DNA of 64,000 bases from Harriotta raleighana (GCA_050575255.1 JBNZDD010013721.1:8598055-8662054), one strand, 5' to 3'; counted from the first letter of the stretch, positions 12,181-26,225 are shown. The notes: generated from the letters alone by a model not told the origin. Numbers and translations: made by a program.

Positions 12181-13834
12181 TTTTTATCGTTACCCATCCT
12201 CCCATGCATTATTATAACATCAAGCTGTATCTTCAAGTCCTGGCCTCAAACCATCTTTCCTGGGAACAAGTTCCTATCATTAATTATCCTTTGTGTAAAT
12301 TCTGTCCTGAAATTGCCCTTCACAACCCAAACCAGTGGCCTTTTGTCCTGCTGCCTTGGCTTTGAGGCTGTACCTAAACCAAACAAATCCATTCAGAGGA
12401 AAGCTTCTTGTTGGCAAGGAGCAGTGACTTCTGGCACTCAGCTAAAGCTCTTAATGTATTGTCAGCACTTTGCTCCTGTACTGGAAAATTCACCAAACCA
12501 CAGTGACTGCCACAATTCAATTGTCGCAGATCACCTCAAAACATGCAAACACCGCCCACAAATCGAGCACAACTGTCTGCTTTTACAGTCATAGAGCAAC
12601 GTAGAAAACCTGAATCTGTCATGTGTTGCGTGTAAGTATTGAAGCCCAAACATACATTGTTTAAAAACATTCAATCTAGTTCAGGTATTGTCTTGGATTA
12701 AGAGTCCTATCAGTTTGTGCAACAGATTTAATGCACCAGCAGTGGAAATGAATGGAACCTCCTGGGCATTTTTAATCTCAAAACGGCCTGTAATACCATA
12801 GGTTTTAACATCTGCAGCAGAAAATGTGCAGCCAAAACTCAGGGCTTCAGGCACATGCGTGTCAAATTGATGTGGAAGATCGCTTAGCTGTTGTGCGTTC
12901 TGGACATGAAATGGCAGGTGCAGGTTATCAATTATTTTTGACAGGGGGGTGCAAAATGTCTAATTACTGCATGAAAACATATTGCTGGTGAAACTGCTAG
13001 AAATGTGGACGTGTTTATACTACAAATGATCAATGACCAGCATTGTGGGTTAGTTTACTCTGATTGCATCACCCCACCTCCCTCCGGCCCCCACCCCCCC
13101 CCCTCCAAATTTCTAAAATACTTTCCTATGAACCATCTCTGTTCTCTAACTGCTAATCATAGGAGGTGACAATGACAAAAATATCACAGTCAATTATCTG
13201 CCAATGTAAATCAAACTTATCTGAGAATATTGCATTCAATCTAATCTCGCTCAATAAACTGGCATTGGTATCGCAAAGAAAATCCTCAGGGGATAATAAT
13301 TTTAATGCCCTCATAACTTTTTAATATTTCATAATGTAAAACATAGTTTGTACATTGGTACAATCTCACTGAATGTACATTTTACAATTGGTTAGATTAA
13401 GGAATGCAGTGTACTGAGACTGCTTATTAGAAGTACAGTAATATGAATATCAATACTCTTGCTCATTATTTCAAAATTCAAACTGAACCAATATCTATTT
13501 TACTGGAGCACTTTGACTCTGGAAATAAAAGCGCAATTTTTGTTGTTGAAAAAACACAATTTGTTTCAGTGCAGTGGAGATGAAGAGAGCAATTGTCATA
13601 GTTATAACACCAATTTGCATTTATATAGCGGATTTCAGATGGGGCAGTATCTCGGAACTCTGAAATCAATAATGCACTAAAATGTGATTGCATAATAACA
13701 GGATGATAAGGCAGCAATAGAGCACATCACAAACACAGTTTCGATTGTAAATATGTTTTCTCATATCTACTTTGCTGGTGTATTAATTACATTGACAACA
13801 GCTGTTGTCATTTTGTTGCTTGCATGTTAAATAT

Positions 13835-13951
13835 TTTGTAGGCGTTTTGCATTCAATCCACTTTACAGAATATCCTGTGAAGTGTTTTGAGACTTGATAA
13901 GTCTCAAAGACGTGATAAGGCGCTACATCGAATGCAATGATTATTATTATT
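13835..13951 (+). mobile_element. SINE 3' tail fragment
   Basis: ctttacagaatatcctgtgaagtg...gacgtgataaggcgctacatcgaatgcaatgattattatt. Confidence 0.75.
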
Positions 13952-14528
13952 GGTTTTAGATATAACAACAGGGTAAAACATTCAAATGTATTCTGCCAAG
14001 ATAATTCCTTGCCGAGATCTGAGATACTGATGAAATAGGCCCGATGGGTTGATGGTTTTCCTCCTGTCTCTGTTTTCTGCATGTCTTTCATTGGACATTT
14101 GTGTGCATCATTGAATTTTAGGGTATTTTTATGCGTTGGATCGAAATAATTATTATTATTCATACTGAAAGTTTTCAATTGACGAGGGTACTTTTTGTGT
14201 CAACCTCTGTGTGCATCACTAGTTTCAGAACTGTGCTCATGAAATGTGCAATGCCTTGAATTGTGCAAACGCTCACCTTTCCTGCTCACTGGAGCGGAAT
14301 TGAGATTAGCCCAACAGTATGAAGAATATTTAATGTCCACACTGCCTCCGATATGTTTCCTGCACCTTTCTGATAATATTGTTTGCTACATGTATAAATA
14401 TTTCTTGTGGCTAGTGCGTAGGTTGTCCGCCCCAAGCAACAATCTGCGTATAAAAAGCTGCAATGCAGCAGTTTTGCTCGTGTCAAGTTGGCTTCAAACT
14501 TTTTGTTCTCTTCAAAAGGATTGCATTT

Positions 14529-14859
14529 GTTAGAGCACTCACCTCGCAAACGAGAGGACCCGGGTTTGGTTCCTAGGCAGGGCAAAACGTTAGGCTAGTT
14601 TCCTTGCTCCACATGCCTCGGTTTGCCTAGAAGGTTGTTAATCGATTGGCAGATTGCTTTCGCGGGGGTATAAATCCAATTTTTAAGAAAAAGTTTTAAT
14701 AATAATTTGGTTTCCGGGACACTGTTGTGCACAATTGGCTGCTGTGTTTCGCCCACAAAACATGTAATCAATTCAATTTACTCTGTATTCTGTAAAGCAC
14801 TTTGGAATTCTTGAAGATGTGACATCGAATTGAAGATGTGATATCAAGATATATTATTA
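14529..14859 (+). mobile_element. Deu-domain SINE, long subfamily, with a ~20-bp tandem duplication in the tail
   Basis: tRNA head gttagagcactcacctcgcaa, extra internal segment (gtttgcctagaag...gattggcagat), Deu domain, and ttgaagatgtga twice at 14811-14841. Confidence 0.85.
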
Positions 14860-15169
14860 AAGAGTGAATTTACTTGTGTTGCTAAATGTGATAAAGCGGT
14901 ATCACAATCATACACTGCAGCAATTGAGAGGCTGCAAATGTAGGGAATAAGATGCTCGTTTCACAATGCTGTACTGAGGGGTTTGAGGTTTTGTGGCATC
15001 TTTCTCAATAACTATGTAATGTGAGTGAAGCCTTTTCCCATCCAACTTGTTTGTTCTGATTCCCCACTGAATCTGATAGATGAACAAAGTCCAATAGCAT
15101 GATATTTAATGTATCATAATGAAATCGGTGTGATAATTAACACTTTTTCAAATGAAGGAATAGAACTTA

Positions 15170-15300
15170 CCAATGGAAGGACAAATATGAAGGGCTATGG
15201 GGAGGGAGTGGGGCACTGGGATTGATTTGGACAGCTCTTTCCAAAGAGCCTGCACAGACACGATGGACCGAATGGCCTCCTGCTGTGATCCATGATACCA
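15170..15300 (+). mobile_element. CR1-like LINE 3' end
   Basis: aagggctatggggagggagtggg...agctctttccaaagagcctgcacagacacgatggaccgaatggcctcct. Confidence 0.7.
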
Positions 15301-16660
15301 CAGTGACTCCTGTTTGCCTGTGTGTCCATCCAATCCAGCACAGACAGTGTGGAAAACAGATCATCTTGAGTCGGAGCGGAGGGGTAGGGAAAGTGAAGTG
15401 TGCTATGCTACGTCCCAACTATTTGTCTTTACATCAGGTTAAGTGGACCATTTTACATCAGTATTTAGCAATCAACGACCCTGTGTTTGTTGTGCATTAT
15501 GTTTGTGAATAATCATCAGGAGACTTGGGGAATTGAATTATCTGTAATTGTACTTACTGCAGTTCTCTGATTTGAGGTCAACTTTGAGTCAATAGCAAGT
15601 TACACTAAACTTCTGCAACCGAGGCGTGTTTCTATGAAATTGCTGTCATGATTCGACCCGCCGCAGGAAATGCCAGTTTGTGAACCTGCAAAAAAAAATT
15701 GCGCATGTGGCTCATAGGTGGAAAGAAAGGGCACAAACGTAAGCAACTAACGAAGGAAAATAAAGAAATGAATTTAAAATGAAAAGAGGAAAATGTAAAA
15801 GAAGAATTTAAAATGATTGAGACTAGTAAGAACTCGTGCCCAAAGCTGTAAACATTCTTTTGCTTAATTTCATTTTAATTCCAAATTGCCCCCAGTCATA
15901 ACAATTGGTGATCATATTTATTTTTCTCGGTCTCCTCTTGGAGGTCTCAATTGAGACCTGTTTATTTCCCGCAACTCCGAAGTAAGTGAAATATGATACT
16001 GACTCCCAAGATTGGAGGAATCCTCTTGCCTCGTATCAATTCACAACATTTGGTTTGAGTCAACGTTTTGCTTATGGTGCACATGGAACTTGCCAGTAAA
16101 CCCACAGTGAATCAGCACCAGATTGAACTGCTACCTAATTAAGTTCATAAGCGCTCAAGAATAATGTGTCAGCAATTAATCCGCGACAGTAAATAATCAG
16201 GTAATGCTTGACTCCAATTGGAAGGGTTTGCGGTTAGCTGGTATGTTGCAGTTTGCACAGTAATCAACAAAAATAAATGAGCAAAACCAAATGGCAATTC
16301 TGGAGCTCGGAGACGCTTTGCAATTCCAATGGTAACCAGGTTTCATCTGCGATGGGATGTTGAGTGAGTGCAGTTAATATACTGGATCTTCCCTTAGGAG
16401 GGTTTAGGGAGCGGAACATAAAAAATATAACCGTTATTAAATTTGTCATAAACGTTACACTTTTCACCTCGGAATATCATCCATAACAGTTGGGCTTCTG
16501 TTACCAATTCATCCCCGTTTAAAAAAAAATACTTTATATATATTTTTCTTTTGAATGATTGTTGGTCATTCTGGGTTGGAGCCACTTTTAGCAGATCATT
16601 GTTGCAGCATGGAATGAAAAAGCGTAATACTGTTTAAGCTCTTTCGTCTCTTTCTACGTC

Positions 16661-16730
16661 TGCTTGGGACGTCCTCCTGACGTGAAAGGCGCTATACCAG
16701 TGTAATTTTGTTGTTCTAGTTGTTGTTGTT
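16661..16730 (+). mobile_element. L2-type 3' tail fragment (family A)
   Basis: cttgggacgtcctcctgacgtgaaaggcgctataccagtgtaattttgttg. Confidence 0.8.
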
Positions 16731-18294
16731 TAAGAGAATGGTAAAGCGAATGCTTTTGTTAGAAGATACAATGAATTGGAGTGTGGCTGGACTCTGATCT
16801 GTGATGACTGGACACTTTCAGTGGCGGTTTGAAAAGTGAATCTATTTAAGATTCATAAATGAAGTGTGGTACCCCCTGATCTCATCAACATAATACTATA
16901 GTGAAACCACACACTTTCTTGGTCAGCTTTGCCCCACAGTCCAGTGGTAGCCTACAGTTTCACCGAGAAAATATACAGTCAATTCTTATTATTAATTGAT
17001 AATATGGCTGACAAACTGCTTGCTGCTGCTGATGATTCTCTCAGTTGGGTTGAACATCGGAAACTTTGACTCCAGTTATTTGCTGATACCTGATTGTATC
17101 AAACACTTATCTTACAGCTGTGAATTCAAGTCACCTTTTGACATTTAAAAAAAAGTTCATCCTCTGGTCAGCAGAGTGGAAATCCTTTGGCCTATAAGGA
17201 CTCTCTGAAATGAAGAAGAAATTTGTGTAAATGTAAATTCTGGCAGCACTGAAGCCTTTAGTGCAGAAAAGTCAGAAAGTTTAACCCAGACAGGGGTCCC
17301 AACGAGAGGATAACATGGTTGAGTAATACGCAAGCCAGCAAGTTAACTGACAGGACTTTCTCTAAATGGGGAGGAGAGAGAGGAGGAGCAGTTAACTGAG
17401 AAGGCCTTTGAATCTGTCTTTTCATCGCAAGACCCTAGGAGGCCTCAATGCTTTAAAGACAATCACAGCTTTACAGGGGTTGGAGGGGGTGGGTGGTGGG
17501 GAAGGCAATACATAGCTTTACAGCAAACCCTATAACAATCCCTAATGTAAGAATTATGTTTAAAAAAACATAAACAAAAACATGGCAACACAAGTTGTAA
17601 TGGTTGCTAGTCATGTTGCTAAGCAATATAATACCACACTTTGGCACCCTGCACTGCAGAGACTGAAAGGCTGTATTAATGGCAAGTATTTGTCATATGA
17701 CCCTCATTACTGTCCATATGAAAGTTATTTTAGGAGAGAAAGACTGACTTTCTCTTCTATCGGGCAGTTTGCCCACTAGACGGTCATAAAAGCTGAATAT
17801 TCCAGCATGACCCATTAACACTATACGGATTATTCCCTCTCTCTGGCTGCTTTCAAGCTTGTTGGAGATGTTTGTTGTGAACGTATTTTATCTGTAGTGA
17901 AGCAGTTGGTGAGATTGGAGGTGTCATTTTAAAACACAGCAAAACAATAAGATATTGTGTAGAAGGGGTGGGTTGCTCACTGTCAGAATTCAAACACTCA
18001 TCTGCAAGTTATTGTCCCAATTAGTCAACCGGTAATTAACAGCAAACATTCTGAATGTAGTCTTATTCCACAGGAACATGTTATTTTTTTCAATTGCTCA
18101 CATTCACTCATGTAGTCCGGCATGTTTCTCCTTAAATCATACTCCCGAACATTCAAGCTTACTCTTCTCCTCTCCCGAAGATACTGACTCATGTTGATCT
18201 CTACTCCCACAACCTCTGAACCAAGTGAACTTTCTTCCTGTGTGAGCTTAGACAATGACTAATCAACCTCACAAGCTCGCTCAACAAACATACG

Positions 18295-18482
18295 GATGCT
18301 TAACAGCAGAGGTCTACACATGTCGATCAGGAGTGGGAACTCTAGCTGTTGTTTTGTTGCATCGCAGCCTGTTGTCTCTGTGGACAATTGTAGCAACCCT
18401 AGGCGAGTTAAGTGGTCAAATTTGAGTTCTCATAGGCCCATTTTATTCAAGGCAGTAACTTTACCAACTGAACCATCCAGGA
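18295..18482 (-). mobile_element. Degraded LF-SINE-like element
   Basis: cagcagaggtc...cgatcaggagtgggaactctagctg...caattgtagc...tttaccaactgaaccatccagg resembles the reverse complement of recalled LF-SINE. Confidence 0.5.
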
Positions 18483-19584
18483 AAGGATGTGAGCGAAACC
18501 TATGAGGCAACAAAATCATTGATAAAAGGATTGACAGTTTGGCTGTAAGAACTTGGAGGAATTAGTTTTAGAAACATTTGAAAAGATCTGATTTCATTTG
18601 GGCATTGCAGTATATTTTTTCAGAACCTTCTCTCGAGATGACATTTTAGTGTGGATTGTACATGGTCTTATGAAAAGAGCAGACTGAATGAGCTTAATGG
18701 ACTTTATTGGTTGCTACCTTCATTTTCTCTTTGAAAATTGGCAAGAGAACATTAGTCTGCAGCAGACAGTATTTTCAATGTATCCACTCTGTTCCCCCAC
18801 ATTGCTTTTAATAGAGCAAAGTATTGTTAAGTGTTTTGCATCTCTTTTGGTTTCACGCCTACTCTTTATGCTTCTGGTAACTGACACCAGAGTATTAACC
18901 CAGCACTGGTGAAACATTGACATAACGATTGAATTCCGAGACACTGTAAAACACTGCACAAGACAAGACTTTTCTAGGCTAAATAATTTAGAGGGTTAAT
19001 GATAGCCATTTTATCTTTAGTTTGTGATAAAGAGTGTTTGGAATCAGAAAGGTGTAAATATCCTTAAGTCTAATTGGTGGCGTATCTTCAATAAAAAAAT
19101 CAGAAGCCATGTTGCGAAATGTCACTCCAACCTAATATTGTTTTCCAAAGGAGCGTTCCTCTGATTTGCAGTGATGTCTATTAACTACTTTGGAAGGAGT
19201 TTCCACTTGGATTGAAATCCTTTTCTTCATTATGAAATACATTAAGAAATAATCCAAAATAGTCTCAGGTCCAAAAAAATAAACCCATAATGGCAGAGAT
19301 AGCTCCTTTTGCAGGATTAAATGTAATTCCATTGTCTGCTACGCTTAGTAATTTCTTGAACATAGCGAACATAGGAGGACAGTTTTCATGATCATTTGCG
19401 TTTTGCAAATGACCTAAATTCCAGCCACGTTTACTGATGTCTCACCCCCCCAATGTCAGCTTATTGTTGACTGGAATGTTGGCTGTGACTACTTCCAATG
19501 AGTCAGTGAAAATGTTTAAAAAAATCAAATTCCTCTTCTCTGACTGTACAAAAGCTACTGTTTCCATTTCAATGTTGCTCTTGG

Positions 19585-19810
19585 GAAACCCTATCTGGAG
19601 GCCCTCCACCTAGTCCCTAACCCCCTCCCTCCCTCCTTTCAAAACTCACCATAACACCTATCTCTTTGACATTGTTGTCATCCCTTCAACCACACACCTC
19701 TCAAACCCCCCCCCCGCCACCCTCGACCTGAAGCTCTTGATAAGCTGGGTGAAACTCTTTGAAACATCCTTTCAACTTGAAAGGCACTGTGAACTAAAAT
19801 ATATTATATA
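19585..19810 (+). mobile_element. Degraded L2 3' region
   Basis: C-rich segment, ...tatctctttgac..., and degenerate tail gaaactctttgaaacatcc...tgaaaggcact. Confidence 0.5.
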
Positions 19811-21319
19811 CGGAGGCATAAACATATGGTAACATATTAAGATGTTATCCTGTTTATTCCTCGTTCATCAAATTTAAAAAAAAAAGAACAATGAGGGCAA
19901 TTCAGCAAAGTGCATGGGCACAAGTTTTTTTTTCCTCTTAAAAGCTCAATCACCCCATTCGATAGATTTGCAGTGGACTTTTGCTGAGCAAACTTCAGCG
20001 CTATGAGTCATTTACATAATATTTGAAGAGATTATTTTTTGGAGGCGTGCATTGAGATAGGAGTCGAGCAGGTTGCTGTAAAAAATTAACATTGCGTGAA
20101 TTTCCGGGTACTTTTTGATAATCGGGTCCAATGATTTTAAATCTTGTCCTCATTTGTATACAGATGACAGGCAGGTCAGGGAAGTAACACTGTAACATAC
20201 TGACCCATATTTAAGCTGTACCCAAATTAACCTGTAGCATTCAGAGAATTCCACGCTGAATCCTTTACGTATTCTGTTTATCGTTTGGCTCGAGAGCTAC
20301 CTGCACCAGAAAGTGAGCGTCAGAGAAAATCCAATGGAGTCTGAAGTTACTTCTGCCATGGATTTTGGTAGAAGGAACATGTTCTAGTGCAACTACTCTG
20401 GTTGAATCCCAAAGAGGGAGATGAACTGGAAATCTTCAACTTCAGAAGTGGAAAGTTTCCTAAACTTAAACAAGTGTTTCTTAAACTCTAGAAGTCATTG
20501 GCCGTTAAGACAAAGGAAAAGTCTTTAAAGTCTTATTTTGAAGTGCACTTACTTGTATCATCATTCGACACTAATCTATACCGAGTGTATTAGTGTAGGC
20601 AACAGATACCATTTGCATCAGATAAGGGATTGATGAGCGATAAGAATCCTTTCCATAACCAACAGCATACAGGATGTCTTGCTTTGAAGTTTTTAAACTT
20701 TCAGTATTGTTGTTCAATTTAAACGAACTGCTGAAACATTCTCAGTAACGTGTTGGTTGAAATAGCACAGAGGGCAAAGCTGTTTGATATTGAGCAGCGT
20801 TTACAGCTTTGATCATTCATTTCCCTGATTCTGCATCAAGTTCTTATTCAAGAAATGGATTCTCTCATTTTCTAATTTCTGTTCTCACACACTCAGCTCA
20901 CCCCCCTTTTTTAAAATAAAACAGCATGATGAAAGGAACATTTATCTGAGAATATTCATCCCTGACATACAATCTGCTACTTTAATGCACCCAGGATATC
21001 ATGCACATTTGTCTGGAAAGTGCAGCTGAAATAAGCCTTAAGGAATGTTCAATGTAATTGATGATTTGCAGTCAAATAGATCAAGCGCAATGATCGCCAT
21101 GGGTGCTTTTTAGATTGTATGAGAAGATGGCTGTAGATACTACATGAGGGTTTCCCATTCTTGGAAAATGACATGCTTCTAGCAGTATTATCACCGGGCA
21201 GTTGTCACAATTTGGATGAAGACACTCGTTAACCCATTTTAGCTCATCCTTCCACAATACCAACATGATCTGTCACCTCATTGCAGCATCAACAAATCCA
21301 ACACCCTGGCCTCCATCAC

Positions 21320-21526
21320 CCAGTTGTAATCCAATTGATTACTGCATTGTTAATAATTACTTTTTGTTCAAAATGAGCTCTTGTGAACAATGAAGCCTCC
21401 TCTTAGCCTATCTGAGNTGGCCTAATAATCCAGTTGTAATCCAATTGATTACTGCATTGTTAATAATTACTTTTTGTTCAAAATGAGCTCTTGTGAACAA
21501 TGAAGCCTCCTCTTAGCCTATCTGAG
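21320..21526. repeat. 97-bp exact duplication flanking an N (probable assembly artefact)
   Basis: 21320-21416 equals 21430-21526; n at 21417. Confidence 0.85.
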
Positions 21527-22920
21527 TTATTCTAGGTGTACTTTTTCTTTTCTCTTAAGTATCTTAAGTAACTTTCATGAAGTCCCATGTGAGTCTTCTC
21601 CATTGAGGCTGAAAAGCTTATCTTAGTTGTTTATCATGGGTTCATCGCACCACCACTGCGAATCAATTTCATCGATCTCCTGTGCCTCTCGGCTCTCACT
21701 ACATAGTTTATGCCGTGGCAGCATAATACGAAGGATTTTAGATTTAAATTTGATCAAGAATCTGTAACTAAGCAGAATTCTTCTCCTCAAGGCAGTCAAT
21801 GCACATGTTTCTTATTGAAGGTGTGCATTCTGATAGCTGGGTTTGTTGAATTTATTTCAGAAACGGGGCAGTTCTGGATAAGTAAACTTTAAATTTGAAA
21901 GCGTTGTTGTGTTTGGTGATGACATTGTGTTTGTGTATCTATTGCAAAACCTAACTAAAGATTGAAATATTACAGTGCTAGAAAGGGCAAAACATGACCC
22001 TGTGAAATTGAATGTGCCCCAAGACGTTAGATCGCAGTGAGGCAAGTTGAAAGTTTTACTTTTGAATCCAATGTTCCACTGAGAGCAACTGGCGAATGGC
22101 CTCAGAGGAAGGAATTTTTGAGGAATTGTGTATATCAGAAGTAACGTTATAGTGTCAGGGCTCTGAAATAGCTTGCAGGATTTAATTTGAAGCTTTTGCT
22201 TATGCTTTTTGCTTATGATTTGCATGACCTTTACTTCTGTTGGAGTAATGTGGATAATGTATCAGTTGTGCTTGCGTGTCTACAATCCATTTGATACATG
22301 TCGGAGGCCAGCGACTTAGTACAAAAACTCAATTGGCAGAAGGGGATCAGCATAACATTTTACTAAGAAGATAAAGATTTGTTTTCTCTGCTCTGCAATG
22401 GGGAGCGGAGCCAACTGATTGATTACTTGGTCCAGTGATCTGATCCTTCAATTGACCTGGCTGCTGATGCCTGGAAGAGAACGGAAAGCTGTACACTATT
22501 AAAATCAACTTTATCTCCACTGTATTTTTACAGCATCATCTCAGAACATGATAGTGTGTTGTGCAAAGTAAAGTTCATGTAATTAACAATTATATGAGCT
22601 GTGCTTTGGCTTCTGGAAAGCCTGTGTTCAAATGACATCCCAGGGGTGAGCCCCTTACTCAAATGCTTAAATGATCAGATGGTGTCATAGGATGGTGCTG
22701 TTTAAAAGAAAAGTCCTTTTCACAATTGAATACTCTGTCTAGATTGTTCACTGACAGGGCTCAAATTTGAAGGATGACCACTTGCATGAGGGCAGCTGAT
22801 GCCAGTCAATGCTTGGGTAAAATCCAAGCATGGATTACCCCCTTCCAGAGAAGAGGAGAGAATTGGAGGAAATTAGTAGGCGGGGGAGTGGGAGGCGGTG
22901 GGGGGGAAGTACCTGAAACT

Positions 22921-22986
22921 AAGCGCCTTGGGCTGTCCTGCCGACGTGAAAGGCGCTCTACAAGTGTAATTTTGTTGTTGTTGTTG
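22921..22986 (+). mobile_element. L2-type 3' tail fragment (family A)
   Basis: aagcgccttgggctgtcctgccgacgtgaaaggcgctctacaagtgtaattttgttgttg. Confidence 0.8.
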
Positions 22987-23699
22987 AAATGGTTCGGAAA
23001 ATACATTGCGAAAAGTGACTTTGCTCCAGAAGTAGCATCCTCTTTAACATAAACCCTTCTCTGCAGCCAGCAAAGCGATATTATATCACAATGTTTGGAG
23101 AGCCCGTCGTTGGACTTGCCAGAAACCGAGCCTGCCCCCAATAACTTTCCAATGAACTGACAAGAAACCATCTACAGTTTATTTTTTGTTGGTTTTAGGA
23201 GTAGAATTTCTAGGCCTAACTGCCTGACCTTGGCAAGCAGCACCATTTTGCCTTTCTGACACTAACCTGGTGCTCGTTGAAACACACGCACAGCCTTTCT
23301 TGGGTACACAGCTTTCCACTTAACTCCTGCAAAGCGTTTTATTTATATACAAAGCAAACGTTGAGGGTGCTTAATGCACATTTGACTGTTGATGATTTTG
23401 AAAAACAGCCAAGATTCGGTCCATGAGAAAGAAATTGTCATCAGCAGCATTAAAGTGCTACTATGCCAGCAATCTTTCTGTGGTTGTCGTGTGTGAGCTC
23501 CCCCATTCTTTTGTGGGTGAGGAAATAACACAGCAAAGGACTACAACCCACACTTTTCACCTTCGAGTTATTAATAGTACGAGGAGGCAACAAACTTTCC
23601 ATTTACTCACAGCAATCATTGCCTTGGTTAATGCGAGAGGCAGGAAGTTGTAGAAAAACATCCTGTAGCTTCCATTCAATCAAATGGAAAAATAAACCT

Positions 23700-23733
23700 C
23701 GCCACCTCCTTGTGGATATTGGAGCTACTGCAG
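23700..23733 (-). promoter_or_regulatory. Candidate CTCF site with upstream module
   Basis: - strand CTGCAG TAGCTCCAATAT CCACAAGGAGGTGGCG; core resembles CCASYAGRKGGC with TGCAG 12 nt upstream. Confidence 0.45.
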
Positions 23734-24145
23734 ATTCGATTGCTCACTGATTATCTCTCATGTTTTAGGATGGGTTTAGAGTGATGTTAATTCAAAGTCG
23801 GGCCTCCTAAATCTGGATCAAAGACTTGCTGAAAGTCACTGCTGCTGGGTTACAAGTACACATGTCTTTTTTTTGTACGATGTTTGAGCCCAAGGTTATT
23901 TTTCAATGTGGTCTGAGACTTGCTCAATTCCCAGCAGCTCCTGATCTGAGCAATAAATAGATTGTGGGTCAAATAAAATGTTTTGTTTTAATGGTGATAT
24001 GGAAGTAGGTTTTGCATTGCAAGCACCTGTTGTGGCCCAAAGACCTTACCAAGGACCAAAGCAAAACACGATAACTAAATAAATGTATGCTTCTCATTCC
24101 ATTTTGCCATTCAAACTACGTGTGTTCCTTCACTGCCTCCCTTTC

Positions 24146-24184
24146 TCCCCTCCAATTTTATCCCCTCCAATTTTACCCCCTCCA
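24146..24184. repeat. 15-bp tandem repeat (~2.6 copies)
   Basis: (t/c)cccctccaatttta twice, then ccccctcca. Confidence 0.8.
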
Positions 24185-24237
24185 TCCCTTGAGGCAGCAG
24201 TTGTGTTGGTGTATTGTTCCACTCTCCAATTCTGCAC

Positions 24238-24480
24238 AATCATAAGATTAGTTTGGATGAAGAAGGCCCTTCAATCATCTCATACTGCCCAGTAGAGTTC
24301 TCAAGTTTTTTTGGAATGAGTTAATTGGCACTTCATCAGCTGTTTTTTGTTGGGAGTCCGTGCCACATGTCTACGGCTCTCTGAGAGTAATAATGATCTT
24401 AATTTCTGGTCTAACTTGAGCCAGCACTAGTTTCAGCCCAACATTGTCTCAAGTTCCAATATTGCAAGAAATAGTTTTTT
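24238..24480 (-). mobile_element. Degraded CR1-like 3' end just upstream of the terminal exon
   Basis: cataagattag...gaaggcccttc...tgccacatgtctacggctctctgagag...ctaacttg. Confidence 0.45.
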
Positions 24481-24587
24481 TTTATTCTAAAAGTCTGCCG
24501 TGAGAGTAGATTTCACGTTACATTGTCCATTCTACGAATGATACCATGATTTTCACTCAATACTTTCTTTTCTTCTTTTTTCCACAG

Positions 24588-24643
24588 TTAATGAAATTAT
24601 AAGGAAGGATCTCTCTGGAATTACAGCGAGAGGTCAGTCATAG
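24588..24643 (+). CDS. NFATC2: NFATC2 terminal coding exon: (V)NEIIRKDLSGITARGQS*
   Basis: TT AAT GAA ATT ATA AGG AAG GAT CTC TCT GGA ATT ACA GCG AGA GGT CAG TCA TAG. Completes the NFAT C-terminal YLDDVNEII motif and resembles recalled human NFATC2 VNEIIRKEFSGPPARNQT. Too short for the ORF track. Confidence 0.95.
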
Positions 24644-26225
24644 ACCGAACAAATTCCAAGGACCTCTCACTGAACACTTCCAGCACAGTTTGGAGCATAA
24701 TCCGAGTGGCACCCAGCATTTAGCGAATCGGTCAGCTGAAAGGTTTTGACTCATCTGCACAGAAAAATACATTGGAGTGGAGTCGAAGGCTCTGAGTAAT
24801 CATCATGGGAACTTTCACTGTGTGAACTTCAGCTTAGCAGCTTGTTCCTTATTTTTTGCCATTCAGACTCGTTATTGGGTCCAAAAAAAAAGTGTATTTT
24901 TAGTTCAAGAATGAGTCAGTGTTTGTTATAATCGGGACACACCCATTGTGACAAGAAAGCAAAGTGGGTGAGGGAATGTAGATGGATTGGTGGGTGTGTG
25001 TATCCCTCCGAAGCTTTTAAAAAGAGTGGAGCTATAATCCTTCATAATGGACTTTTTTTTAATGTTGTTACTCTTCCTAGTTGCTTTCATTGCAATCCTA
25101 TAGGGTCTCGGTGCATTTCTATTCATTTGCTTATATCAACCCAAAGCTTGAAGTCAAATTTGTGGTGAGTCGAAGAGTCATGCATAGGAATGTGCCAGCA
25201 TACGCCCATGACAACTATGTAGCCCAGATTCACAATGCTTGTGTGGTGGAGGTTGGTTTGTAAAAGTGCCAGCATACCACACTGGCACATTCTGTACCAC
25301 TTTGTTTTGCGCTGGAAAGGGAGAGGGGATGGATGGGGCGGCGAGGAAAAAATAAAGTTAACTCCTGCAGAGTTTTTTTCTTTTGTTCAAATCATTCCCG
25401 TCGTTCTCCATTTACAAGTTTGCGTGCAGGGCAACGCCCCATGTACACACCCATAATACAACTTGTGCATGTGAAAATGATGAAATGAACTTTCCGTTTT
25501 GGGCAAAAAATATATATTTTTTTTAATTGGCTTGCTTAAGAAATTTTGGTAAGTGGTAAGAAATTTTCTGCAGAATTTCATCCTTTGCAACAAGGGGAAA
25601 AGTGGGTTGTTGTGCTTCCAATATAGTGGTAGAAGAATTCTGGGCTGTATTATATTTTGTTTTTTTTTCTCTCTGGTACATTCTAATAGCAAATATATCA
25701 AATAACTCTGGCAAGATAGCAGATAAATCCAACTCACATTATTCAGAACACCTTCAAACCCAAGGCAACTAATATTTATGCTGTTTCACCAAATACCTAT
25801 CATGTTTGATATATTTTATCGTCAACATCACCAGTCTAGTTGCACGTCTAGTTTAATCACCCGCAATGGTTTTTTTTAAAATAAAAAGATACTTTGGGAA
25901 TTAAATATTTTATGTAGAAATAATGTCCTTTTTAGAGGAAACTACAACCACATCAGAAAGCTAATAGAAACGTATTTCAATAATATCAAGGATTATTGCC
26001 TAGAATTTTAAAATAACTATTGAATCTACCTATTTTTTTAAATACAAATCAAGTTTATTGTTTTCTGAAAGAATCTAATCGATATCCACATTTTTGGTGT
26101 ACATTTATGCGTATGTTTTTTAAGTCATTGAAAATATTTAGTGGTAAATCTGTAAATGCAAAATATTTCATTTATTCCCCAGACTACAGTTTCCATACAT
26201 TTCTTTTCTTCACTAACCTTTAGTT

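Larger units (their letters stand above)
681..24587 (+). other. NFATC2: Last intron of NFATC2 (GT-AG, phase 1, ~23.9 kb)
   Basis: GTAAGA at 681. Branch-like CTCAAT at ~24556, pyrimidine tract 24563-24583 and CAG ending at 24587. The join gives LDD-V-NEII in frame. Confidence 0.92.

Noticed and set aside
5118-14533. Similar peptides LALQYEEE (5118 ORF) and LAQQYEEY (14246 ORF) as mutually exclusive exons
   Set aside because: The similarity is too short, and I could not find compatible phase-1 splice sites.
21320-21526. Biological tandem duplication
   Set aside because: Identical copies flank a single N, typical of overlapping contig ends.
2-24643. NFATC1 or NFATC3 assignment
   Set aside because: The YLDDVNEII motif is shared by paralogs, but HRSV.VH.GS.GQ, SP.NQQLR and QNLDQ.YLDD match NFATC2 as I recall it.
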